Source: Zygnema circumcarinatum SAG 698-1b (taxonomy: Eukaryota; Plantae; Zygnematophyceae). Taken from it: DNA of 64,000 nucleotides. Location of the stretch: NCBI GenBank assembly GCA_037447605.1, contig CM074804.1, positions 5,867,909 through 5,931,908 of the forward strand, given 5' to 3'. A program made the position numbers and the translations under genes. Positions 1 through 12,500 of the stretch are shown here, one piece after another (position 1 is the stretch's first letter; every line of letters starts with the position of its first letter). The notes below the pieces were generated by a model. The model was not told where the DNA came from. It was given only the letters and a program-made list of their open reading frames with translations, and ran no database searches.

Positions 1-2128
1 AGCCACTGGCGAACTCGGCTCAGCTTCTGCGGGGTACGGGCTTGTCAGCCAAAGTCAGATGCATTCTTCATGTGAGAGGCGGCCCCTCATGTCCTACTTC
101 CTGTTGGTTATGGCCCCCGAGTTTTTTTTTATAAATCACGGACAGCTTCACTGAAGTCACGCGTTGGGAAATTTTCTGTCCCCTGTCAACAACTGTCCGC
201 TGATGTAGCGTCAAGAATTACTTGGACATTTCATTCTCAGCAGGTCACGATTTTTTGACCGAATGGTTGTTACCAGCAGTGCTGCTCTATTATCGGAAAA
301 GTTCATCTCCAAAAGGAAATATGCAGACACAATCCACCTCCTCTCAAACATCGATTTACAGAAACATCGTGAAGCGCTGTAGCGGTGCAATCTCCAGCAT
401 TAACGTATGCAACCCACGCGCTTTTTTCAAGGGAGGTTGCCAAGGGTCAAATGAGCTTTCGGGCGCAATGTCGTTTCGCACAGCTGCTGTGAATCTCGTG
501 AGGGGCGTCGATTTGCTTGTCTCGTGTCGAGTTCAAAGGCGATGCAAGATGTGTGAGCGCCTTAGCAAGAACACGCGCTTGTACATCATGCAGTAGCCGG
601 CACAGCGAACAATCGAATACGGACGGACCATAGTTGCGAGAGGTGTGGAATGGCCTTTGGCCTGGGCCCTACCCCTACTATCAATTAGGTTGACACACAA
701 GAATTAAAGGGGAAGGGAAGTGGCATTGATCTCACGATGGCGAGGATGCCATCAAATGTACTTGGACAACGGCGGCCGTACGGACGAGCAAGTGAGGGCG
801 CGCCAGATTCGGCAAAATCCGCAGACGGGCGGTGAATGCGGAATGATTGAATTTGCTGAAACTAAAATAACATTCCGTACGGTCCGTAATGCCTAGCCAG
901 CCTGCGTTGCTGTCCAGTACGGTCAGCCGTACGGTGTAATTAATAACCAACCGAATGCGGTGGGCGGTCTTCCCCCGTCGATGCGCGATCCAGCGCGCGG
1001 TCGGTCCTGCACCGCTCGATGGCGAGGGGACGACCACTGCGCGCGCCTCCACGACAGCGCTGCGTCGTCGGACTGTGCACACGCGCTGATCGCACGGCCC
1101 ACAGTGCGCGATGGGCGAGCGAGAGCACGCCCCTCCCTCTCGCGCCTGTGGGGGTGGGAGCAGGCAGAGTGGGCAGAACTGAATGTCCAGCGAAGGGCCC
1201 TTGCTGGCTGCGTCACAGAGCAGTGCAGCACCTCACCTTCATCCCATCCCATCCCATGTCCTGCTCTGCCTACGGCAACATTGCAAACCCAGTCAACGAA
1301 AGCAGGAGATACAGGAAAGCATCTCGGCCAAGTCTTATAGAACAAGCGGGAGCAGAGGAGGTGAGCAGCCAGATTTATTGCCTCAAATGTCTTCCACGCC
1401 GGTCCCACTGTGCGCGTGCACCGCACTTATGGCTGAAGTCACTCATCTACAGGGCAGGGTGAAAGCGAGGCGGAGCCAAGAGCTCCTCCCCGTCCTTCCT
1501 TATCCTACCTGCGACCTGAGGCTCACACTTCCTGGAAAGGTAAGGGGCGATAGCGGCTCCAAGGAAACAGGGCTATGCAAAATAACCTACATACTGAAAC
1601 GAACAGAAGCGCAGCAGCATCCCTATCCTGCCACTTTCGACAAGAGCCTAGTGCTCCAATGTCTGTCTGACAACAGCTTCTGGCCGAGCCCTGGCACAAT
1701 GCAATGGCAGTGTCAGGGACCGGACCCACCGCAAATTAAATTATCTGTAGCCTGCAATGAAATTGTTGAACACCTATCTACCAGGACCCGCTAACGCCAC
1801 GATACAAGAATATCCTATTGGTCATTCACAGAATGGAGGTCCACCGGCTGTGCGCTGCATCTCCTACGCGCGGCCCTGTCCTCAGCCCTCACGCCCTGTT
1901 CGCTAGGAGTCTGCCTGCGCCTCTCCCTCGCCTTGCCGTCCTCCCCCTCCCTCCCCCAATCCCATCCGATCCAGCTTCTCCACCTCAGCGGCACCCCCTG
2001 ATGACTGCCTCCGCGGACCTCCGCCACGGTTCCAAAAAAAGGAGCATGCATGCCGATCTGTACATTGCAGCTCACAGGGACACCCTCTACTTCCATTTCA
2101 TCTTCAGTGTAAACTCCGCATTGCCTTC

Positions 2129-5100
2129 CTACTGCTGCTGCCTGTCGCTCACCAGGTCGAGACCAACCACCAAGAAGGCCAGCCCTTGGAAGAGAAGAAA
2201 GTAGAAGTGCATCCCATGCTCCGAAAGAAGGCTTCTTGCCGCAGCCACGAGCAGAAGGGCCGCAAGAGAGAGCTCCTTACGATACATTCTACACAAAACA
2301 GAAAATATGCTATGTGAGTCGGTGGCTCCGTTAGAACTTGCATAGACACTGAAGTCCCCACATTGAGAATGGAGCTGCAAACATTCAAGCAATTTCATCG
2401 CATCTAAAATAACACAAAATATTGCATGACCAAGTCCATCTACTAAAGACCACACCGTACCGAATCAAAATATAGCGTTAGGGTTGTCTATGCAACAAGA
2501 GCACAATGGCTGCTACATTCGAGTCTCACTTGAATGATAACTTCGCAAGTTCAAACCAAAAAGCATGGAGAATGTAAACACTTACTTGCGTCCACCCTTC
2601 TTTTTAGGTTTAGACTCCACTTTTGTCTCTTCCACCTTCTGCGCAGCAACTGCTTTCTCCAATGCATCCAGCCCCGATTCGCTTACTCCAGCTCTCTTTA
2701 AAGCTGTCTTTGGCTGGAGAGATCATCAATGAAAAACCCACACATAGCAAGTTAGAACAGAAGATGAAACACCAACTTCAGTTAGCAGTCTATGTCGCAG
2801 TCTAGACAGGTCTGACATATTAAAATTTGAAGTCCCTTTAATTTTCCCATTGAAACTAAGCCAATTTAGACTCATCCATATGGCCTCCACATTCACATGT
2901 GTTTGGACACTTAATGGATTGAGGTATCCAGCTCACTAGAATCGTCGTGGCAAGTTGCACTGGCCAGACTCTCACCTCTTCGACGGATGAGTTATTCATG
3001 GCAGCCAACAAGTCCGCCTCTGAAGCTCGCCCACTTTTCTTAGTGACCACCCACTCATAAGAACTCCCGAGTTGGAAGAGCCCCACAACCATGGCGTTGA
3101 ACTTAGTCACAGACATGCAGTTTTCAAAGAGTAAATAAGGCACCAAGAATGGAAACGACCTGCACCCAAAAACCCCTAAAATTAGCATCACGAAAAAAAT
3201 TCTAGTTCTTGCAGAAAAGCATCACCAGTAGATCATAATCCTAGTGACTATTGACTAGGAAATAAGAATAGAAAAGGCTAGCTCACCGTGGCGACGGCAG
3301 TACGTTCATGATGGACATGGTGGCTGGGACGTAGCATACCACCCACAGAGGCAGAGTCGCCTCCGGGACAAACATCGTCAATGGAAGAACAATGCAGAAA
3401 AGGGTGAAGGAATAGAAAGGCAGGATCATCTTTCGAAGCAGAAAGAATAAGAAAATCATATTGAACTTCTTCCACCAGGCAATCTGCAGACAACATATGG
3501 CCAATATCAGTGAAGGGCATTGCGGACCAGCGACTTCTTCATCCCTCACCCCCAGCATTGCACCTTAAAATTTTAAAAGCCAGTGGGCATTACTCGGCGA
3601 ATGATGAGTAATGCCCACCACACTACCACTACTACTATTAAAAGATATGAAAGTCTGATTTACTACGGGTGCGGCGGTGTAGTGTAACCTAGCTCTAACA
3701 GCCAGTCATACCTTCGCGGCAATAATGTCAGGAAGAGCAAGTTTGAAAAGCTGCATGGGCCCAGAATGCCAGCGGTGCTGCTGCTTTGAATAAGCCTCGT
3801 ACGACTCCGGAAGTTCACAAAGAGCCTGCACAAACAGCTTAGCAGCAATGAAGAACTGAAATATAGAAAGCAGAAGCAAGACATAGAGCCCTAATCCTTC
3901 CGCACCAAGTGCCTGCACGACACCGCAATAGCAGTCAATGATGGCAGATTCGTCACCTCAACGTCGTTAAGGAAAATCATCTTCCATCCTTTGAGGTGCG
4001 CTCGGACAGCAATATCCATGTCCTCCACAGTCGTGCGATCGAGCCAGCCACCAGAATCTTCTAAAGCCGTTATTCTCCAGACGCCTGCCGTCCCATTGAA
4101 GCCAAAGAAGTTGATGAAGGCTCCGTTGACCTGCTGCTCTACCTCAAAGTGGAAGGCCAGATTTATGTTTTGAAGCCGAGTAAGCAGATTTTCATCCTTA
4201 TTTACAAATGCCCAGCGAGCCTGCACCAATCCTAACTCAGGCTGACCCTGCAAAACAGCAACATGCACCAATAGATCGTAATCAGCTACCTCCGGAGGTT
4301 AACAACCGGACGGACATGAAGTCAACTCTCTACCTCGCTCTCTCTCTCACACTCTGCCTGTCTCTCAGTCCGTTCTATGCATCACTGGGCAAGGTCCACC
4401 TTTCACTTACGATCTTCAAAGAGCTGCAGAAGCAAAAGCTACATCCCCCAACACATGCACTAGTTCACATCGCATTTGCTGAAGAAAATCGTAAGAGAAT
4501 CGAGTTGAGACAGACCTTGAAATGTGGAACAGTACGTTTCAGGAAATCAGGACGAGGCTGGAAGTCAGCATCAAAGATGGCCACATATTCGTAGTTCTTG
4601 ACATAGTCGTGACTCATGGCACTGTCCAGATTACCAGCCTGCAGTGGTTCACAAATTCATAAGCTACTGCCATTCTGACAATGTAGAAGAATGCTCATGC
4701 ACCCAGTATTGAATGAAAACAGTGCAGAACTTTATAATAGGTCTGCTGACACCAAGGGGCCACAACTGACCTTGTAGCCTTTTCTGATTAGCCGATGCAC
4801 ATAAATGATTGGCTTTCCCCGTTGGTTCCACATTTCCACCTCTGCCTTGATTAGGTCTTGGATCTCCGGGTCATCGGAGTCATCCAATACTTGAATGAGC
4901 ATACGCTCTTTCGGCCAGTCCAGCTGACAGACTGCGCCAATGGACTGATCATATACCTGGAGTTCCAAAACACGTCTGCAAACTTCAGATACTCATTTCC
5001 AAGATAAATCTCCTGCATCTGTATTCAGGAAGCATATCACCCTAATGTCTCTCGGAAAGGACGAACAACGACCACAAGGCCTTAATCAGTGACACCATAT

Positions 5101-6618
5101 GATGGTTCTAAACAACAACAGCATTCTTTTATCCCTTTGGTAAACGAGTCCAAACACCAGAGTCCAACCAGAAATTGTACAGAAATCGTGCATTTCAGGA
5201 ACGAATCAGGGATACGAAGATACTTGTCTCCTCCGAACAGACGAAGCAGAAGCAGACAAGTAACAGCTCACGCATTTCATCGCCAACAAGGTTGACCGGT
5301 TTAACATGGGAAGGGATGGCTCTGCTGCGCTCTCACCTCCCTTTCATTGCACATTGGGATCTGGACGAGCACCATGGGATATGACGCCCAAGGATTTTCA
5401 GGGTCGGACTCTTCAATGAATGGCTCCTTCAGCTGTGGCTTGTAGCCTCTCAGTTTGATCCAAGCAGCACCCAGGCACAACAGAAGCCTGTCCGCTGATT
5501 GCACCAAAAAGAGGTAAATACAGCTATCCGCCAACCACTGAACCAATGGCGCAATGTAATTGCCCCTGTTCCAAGGAAAAAACGCATGCAGGTGAGATAT
5601 TATACCAAATGGTTCAGATGTCAACCTCAACACCTGTGCAGCCCATTCTGCTATCAACTATCAACAATGCCTGCCAAGTGACTTGTGAGAACATCAAAAA
5701 CTATTGATGCAGAAAATAGATGCGACATTTTGAGGCTGTGACAGACGCACCTAAAGGCCTTCCAAGTGGTGTAGAGCCAGTGTAGAGTTCCGTAAAAAAG
5801 AGACATCGAAGGTAGCTTAGGTAGAGAGAGGTCCGTTGCCGAAAGCTCAGAACCTAACCCGTTGCTGTGAAAGATAAGCTCGAACACAAGAAGGCAAAGC
5901 GAGGCAAGAAGAAGAATCCTCAGGGCGCTTAAGAATCGGCCCCCCGGTTTCGAGTCTCTCTTCCACCAGCTCCGAACAAACCCCTGCAGAGGAGACGCGA
6001 GAGAATCGTGAGCATTTTGCAGCTTCTGACAGTCAGAGGGACATTGATAACAGCCACTGCATAACGGAGACCAACTACCTGGATGAAAGCTAGAAACTAC
6101 AAAGACTGCAAGAAACTACAGAATGTCACAAATACATCAAAGAGGTCCTGCATGTAAAAAAACAGGCAGACAGGTAATTGCCTACAAACCCTCCTCCGTG
6201 CATCCACCTGCCACTGCTCTTCATCCGTGGATTTGATCAAGATTCTTGAAAGCCATCATCCATGCATCTCCGTACAACCCAAACAGTGCAAACAAAGTCT
6301 TGGTCGGAGGTCACATACCTCCTTCGTAAACAAGCGCTCGCGCACATGTGTGAGCAAAGTCATAAAGCCGAGCCCGACCCATGCAATACATCCAGCAGCT
6401 TTATGCGCCTTCAACAGCACCACCCAGGTAAACTGCTTGGCACTTCGACTCCTCCCAATTTCCTTCACATCCTTCGGCTCTTCATGACATTTCTCTTCCG
6501 TTTGATCTACCTGCTTGAGCTCCACAATGGACCAGCCAGTTTTCTCCATGTGTACTATGATCGGTCGGGTTCCCGCCTCCTTTCCCCACCAGTCTGGAAT
6601 CTCCAGGCTCGGGGGCAT
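2129..6618 (-). CDS. CSLC: Cellulose synthase-like C (xyloglucan glucan synthase, GT2), multi-exon; span is ATG to stop
   Basis: Exons translate to CSLC hallmarks: [79 protein letters not shown] (QxxRW) and C-terminal [20 protein letters not shown]. First in-frame ATG at 6618, TAG at 2129-2131. The junctions checked are GT-AG. Confidence 0.96.
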
Positions 6619-7285
6619 TTCAACCCTCAACTGCCCACTCGGCGCCAGATTGAATCTGCTTGAGGCCACAAGATTTTCTAAGTTGAGAGACGACAGAATC
6701 TGCAGCACAGTTCCGGCAGCTTCTCGTCCTCAGCTCCAAACGTCTTTTGGACTCCGATGAAAACCGATCGTGGTAGAGATTACCTTGTCGTCGCCGTAGT
6801 TCTGTCTGCAACGCTCACATACTCCTCTTCCTCCTGCTTACCTTAGATTTCACTTCCTCGCCCTACAACATGACACTGCTCAGCCCCTCGGCTCCCGACA
6901 GCACAGTGAGCAAACCCTGCGCGGCCCTGACCCCTGCCTCCGGCCATGCCATATCCTCTCTAAGCCTTGCGCCCTTCTCTCGATCGTGACATGCGCTATA
7001 CGCTGAAACTCGCCGGCCCCGGCAAACGCCTCTGCTGCCTGCCTTGATGTAACAGTGCCTGAGGGAGGGCGAGCGGGAGGGCGAAGGAGGGAGGGAGGGA
7101 TGGCAGGAGGGAGCGGCAATGGACGGGAAGGGGCGGAGGGTCTTCTGCCGCCTGCCTGCCTGCCTGCCTGCCCGCGGGTGGCCGGCTCTATGCCTGTCAG
7201 GGCGGAGGGGCGGGCGGGCTGGCGGGCGGGGGCGCAGCGCAGGCAACGGCGAGCCGCGCGATCGCCGGAGAGCCGACCGCGTGAC

Positions 7286-7391
7286 GCGACGCGCGCCCGC
7301 GCGTTTTGCGGGCGGCCCTCGCCATTGGCCGCGCGACGCGCGCCCGCGCGTTTTGCGGGCGGCCCTCGCCATTGGCCGCGCGACGCGCGCC
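7286..7391. repeat. 47-bp GC-rich tandem repeat, 2.25 copies
   Basis: GCGACGCGCGCCCGCGCGTTTTGCGGGCGGCCCTCGCCATTGGCCGC is identical at 7286 and 7333, with a partial copy at 7380. Confidence 0.95.
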
Positions 7392-9513
7392 GCAGTCAAG
7401 CCCTGCGGGCGCTACAGCCGCCGGGACCGCGCTACGAGCGCGCTCCGCCCGCCAACTGGCCGCCCTGCGCAGGGCGGCGCCGCGACGTGCACGGGCGGAC
7501 CCCGGGGCGACGTCAGCGGCGCTCTGACAGGCGCCACGCGGGCCGCGCGCAGTGGGCGCGGCTCTGACGGCCGCGCGCAGAGGCGGCAGGTGGCGGGCGC
7601 CCCCCTCTGCGCGCTCCACGTCACGCGCAACGGCCCGGCCCACGGCCCCGTGACCGCATGGAACGCAGCTGTAGCACCCGGGGCCGGCCGTAGCCGCGGG
7701 CGAACGGTCTCCATCGGCGAGGCGACTGTCCGTTGCCGCAGCGCGCGCCACTTGCCCGATCGTCCGCCACGTCACGAACCACACGTGCGGGCGCGCGCGG
7801 CGAATGGCCGGGCGTCGGAGTCGACCGACAGCGATTCGAAATGCGAATTGAATCGGCCGTACGGGGGCGAGTTCGAACTCGCCCGGCCGCAGTTTGAAAT
7901 GGAGGGCGGTGATCGCCCGAGCGAGCGAGCGATCCGCCGTCGGCCGCCCGCCAGCGCGCCCGCCCGCCCGCCAGCCGCGTTGACGCGACGGGCGGCGCAC
8001 TCGGTCCCAACAGCCGTAAATGCGCAGCGCCGCGCCCACTCGCGCTACGCCACGTGTCGCAAGCGCCTTCTGTCCAAGCTACCCCTCCCTAGCCCCTCCG
8101 CGCGGTACCCATTTCGCCGCCCGCCCGTCCCCTCCTTCCCTTTCCCCCGCGGTGCCGCAGCGCGCAGGCGGGCGGGCAGGGGCAGGGGCAGGGGCAGGGG
8201 GCAGGGCAGGCAGGACGGCGCAGTTCCATTCCATTCCATGCCGTTCCACTGCAGCGCTGCGCGTCCCCCAGCAGGGGAGCGCCGTACGTACCGTACCGTA
8301 CAGTCGGGCCGCCCCTGGTCCGAGAGCGCCCCCGGCTCGCCCCGCGCGGTTTCATTCAATGCCCGCCCCGCCCCGCCCGCCCCGCCCCGCGCTGACCTGG
8401 CGCGACCGCTCCCCGCCGCGGTCCGCCCCCCGCCCCCGCCCGCTCGCGGCGCCGACGTGGCAGCGCGGGCCGCCCGAGCGTTCGCGCACTGTCGGTGGCG
8501 ACAGAGCGTGGAACATAACGGGATGGGACGAAACGGAACGGCGGGGATCGCTGACTGGCGATCGCCAGCAGTCCCGCGCGCCCGGCCCCCCCCGCGCCGC
8601 CGGACCGCAACGGGCGAGGGGCCGTGGCGGCTGGCGATTGGCGGGGCCCGCGCGTGGCACGGCACGGATCTCGCCGCTGATCCCGCCGCAGATCCCGCCA
8701 GCCGTACTACGAGGGAGTCTAGAGCCCAGACTTGGCTCCCGTTGTGGGATCCGAAACGGATTGTACGGGCGGTATCGATCTGTAGCATGCAAAATCAGAT
8801 AAATGGTGATGTGTTATCATGGATCTCATGATGGCGATGTATGTACTGTACAGGGACAAACCAACACGAGGAACCACGAGGAATTGGTCACAACGGAAAG
8901 CTATGATGGGAAATCTACTTGTAAGCTTAATAACGCGGTCCTGGAAGCAGCCGATGTAGTACTGCAGAAGACAATTCCTTACTGGAAAGAAAAGACTTCC
9001 GTTTGATTACCGTATTTTAAATCTTGTAAACAGTAATGTCGCATAAGCGTGTGCCTGTTTTGAATTCCGAAAATCTGAAGCTTTTCGAAGTCTGAACCCC
9101 CCTGCTATGGCAAGCCAATCTTGAAATAAAATTGAGAAAAGCTTCGCTGGGGAGTTTTCGTCTGGTTTTCTCGTTCGGGTTTGTGCGACGCGCGCACAGA
9201 AAGCTCGGGCGCACTCGTGACTCGTGATGGCGCAGGTGGGAAGCTACAACGCATGTCCTGCACACAGCGGTTGTGTGCAGAGGGGATGGCCATACTCTTG
9301 AAGTGTCACACCAGCTGTCGCCAGAACGCGACTATGCGTATAAGAACAGGCACGTGCTACAACTCATCGAATCCACGCCATTGGCATGTCACGGCAAGCG
9401 ACATGCATTTATGTAGTTGAAGAAACGAAGCACTGCACACATGCCGCCTTCACAACGGGAAATAACAGCATGAAAGGACCATAGTAATTCAAGAACTCAC
9501 ATATACAACTCAC

Positions 9514-12500
9514 TTAATCCTCAATTTCATCTTCTGGTTCAGGAGCAGATACAGAATGCAGTCCCGAGGCGCTAAGCAGTCGGCCATGATCCAAGAACAA
9601 GCTTTCTGCCAAGATTTGGGAGTCAGCACTTCCTCCACCCTGAGTTGAGGCAAACGCGTGGCGCGGCTCCTGGGCAAGGGACATGGCAGGGGGTTGCCGG
9701 GCAATCACGGCGTGAAAAGGGCTGAGCTCCATGGCCACCGTGCTGGCATGCGTTAATGCTCCGTTCAAAGCCATTCCCTTTAAAATGCACGCTATGGCAC
9801 TCATTTCCATCTGCAAAACAAGTGAACACTTGGAGAGGGGGGAGGCGGGAGGGGGAAGGGGGAGGAGCACGAAAAAGAAAGGAAATGAAACACAAGAAAG
9901 CGGAAGGTAAGAAAGGAGAAACAACACGAAATCATCAGCTGGGCATCAGGACATGGGAAATGAGGAAAAATTAGCAGGCAAGAGGTGAAGAAGGAAGGTG
10001 GAACCAGGAAAGAGGGGGGAGACGGGAAAAGTCAGGAATATAAAGAGAACAGAGCTGGAGGATAGCGATGAGGGAAAAAACGGCCAAGCAACTAGAAGGG
10101 TGGTTGGCTGCAAGCCACAAGGGTAAAACACAGGCATGAGATTGCAAATCACTATCACTGTTTGCTTCAGGTCTGTTTGCTTGCCATCTTCAACTGTTGT
10201 GCGCGTTCCATCTGCCATAGAAATGGAGACCGGAATGATTGGAACCTGAGAAACAAGACATAAACAAACAGCCTTAAGTCACAAAAACTAGTCTGACAGC
10301 AATTACAGCACTTATCTCGCTACCCCTGTGTGCACACATTCTAGGAAGGGCATACGAATGCAGGAAGGAGGAGATGCTCTGGATGCATCAGCAACCTCTG
10401 CATGGAACGTAACGAGCAGGGGAAGTCGATTACCTCCTCGGAGCTGGGTGGGTGTTAGAAAACAGGAGTCCACGAGCTACAATGGAGCCCGCAGCAGCTG
10501 CCGCTACCCGGGTAGGATCAACCTCAGTGTGGTCATCAGCAGTGTTCCCATTATAAGACATCAGACCATTTTGAAGACCCTGCAGGCAGTCAGAATCACT
10601 GAGGTAGGATTCTGCCTGTGCGACATCTTCAATGGCTTCTTCGCTGATGAATTCCAGCACTGCATACCCAGCGGTAGCAAATATGGTAAGCGTCAAGAAT
10701 GGAGAGCTTCTTGTCCTAGAAGCGTTCATTCCGCTTGTGCACGCTCATTATCTCAGCTTCCTGACCGCTAGTGAAGGCTTTTGGTGAAAGCTTGCGAAAG
10801 CCTTTCCTTGGCACTTTACTCCCTGCCTGATACATGCCATTGACTGAAATTCACTTTCTTGTATCTGCTGTTTGTATGTGGCTGTTATTAAGGACCATAT
10901 TTACTGGCCTTTCGCTTGTCCAAGTGGAAGTTGAGAAGAAGAATAGTGCCTTGTCAACGGAATTGGCAGAAGTGTCTTGGCCAAAAGTGTAGTTGATGGT
11001 TTGAATTTTTTAGGCAGAAAATTATTACATGCATAGAGAACGGATACAAACTATAACGGCACTCACCATTTTCGTGAAGGAACGAACACAAGGTAGAAGT
11101 TGTCATATCCGCGTGGGCAAGGACGACTTCTGGCTCCTGCATATCCAAGGGAGGTCTCCGCAGTTTCTCTGAAATTTCCACTCCTGCATATGAACCTGCT
11201 ATTCAAACGACACAGGATCACGGCCAATAGATTGGAAGGTATAGACTACGATTTTCCAGAAACTTTGGATTGGTGACTCACAGACAAAAATTAGACAGAC
11301 AGTAGGCAGGCAGACAGACAGTGGTCTCCCCCCACCGCCTGAAATCCACTAACATTGGAAACTATCGACCTACAATTCCTCGCAACAGTCACGATAAGTA
11401 GCTCCCAGATAGATGGCAATAGGCCAACAACAATCCGGGCTACAGTCATGACAGACATTCATTGGGCAAGGATATTTCTGAAAAGACAGAAAAATGAAAC
11501 CTCTTCTTATACTTGCTGCTTATTATGGTCCAGTACACACACCGTTCGAAGTAGATAATCCAGCACAACATCTATCCGAGTAAAATAGAGGCTAACATAA
11601 GTTTTCCTTTATTTTTGAAATGCAATGGATCACTAAGTCTCACGCAACAACTTTGGAAAAACATGTTGGGTGCGGTTGCAAGTGTTAACTTTCTTTACTC
11701 TTTGAGAAGAAACAGTGGATTTATGGAGGTTGACGAAGAAGCTCAAACGAATAATTACACAAACAATTCCACTGAGGCATGAGCAGGACCCGGCAGTGAG
11801 TTCACAAATCCACAAAATTGCAAACCTCAGCCCTGTCACATCAGCACTCACGATTGAAAGTCAACCGCAAGTGTACGCGCTAGCTCTAGCTCGCTGCCTC
11901 ATCTCCTGCAATTCTTGACCTCAGTCAATTACCGGTGTCCTACCAAAATCAAAATCAGACACCTGCAAACATCCTGGCTCCAAGGAGTTCAGGCACATGA
12001 GTCAGAAAAATCATGGAAGCTTACCAGATCCTGATGCCTTATCGACTGCGCGCTTATTATACAACAGCTTCCCGAGCACGTGGAAAAGGTCAATTATGTT
12101 GTCTCGAGAAGACTCCAGAGGCAAAACAAATGGTCTTATGCTGCCTGTATCTGGGTAACCTAAATCGTTATTTGCAGAATTGTCTGACTGCTTCGTCTGT
12201 CTCAGCTTCTCTTTGCCACGACCCCGCCTTTTTCCTCCGGCAGGTCCGCCAGGATCCCAAGGGGGTCCTTTTCCTGTCCAAGGCTTTGGAATTATGCCTA
12301 AGCAATGATATTGAAGACTGAATATTGCGTGTCGGATGTCTCCTCCACTCCTTCTTGCCACTTCGCTAATTAACTCACTTGAGACATCGAACCCCTCAGC
12401 TGCCGCAACTCCTGACAGCACCTTTTTCAAACTACCGAGCGTGATTGGATTGCATGTGATCTGTCCAGAACTCAACAAGAAACGCAGATTATCTTATCAG

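Noticed and set aside
1183-1794. 203-aa plus-strand ORF
   Set aside because: No recognisable motif. The A-rich plus strand fits the antisense of a minus-strand 3' UTR (CSLC). I cannot exclude it, but it is unsupported.
6863-8831. Long overlapping ORFs (570, 280, 260 and 247 aa) in the GC-rich island
   Set aside because: Arg/Ala/Pro/Gly low-complexity translations on both strands with no domain; explained by stop-codon scarcity at very high GC.
11466-11476. ATATCCTT (U12-type donor motif) on the minus strand in RAD17; likewise GTATCCTT near 45345 in CTL
   Set aside because: Both lie inside introns already bounded by in-phase GT-AG sites, so no U12 intron is needed.
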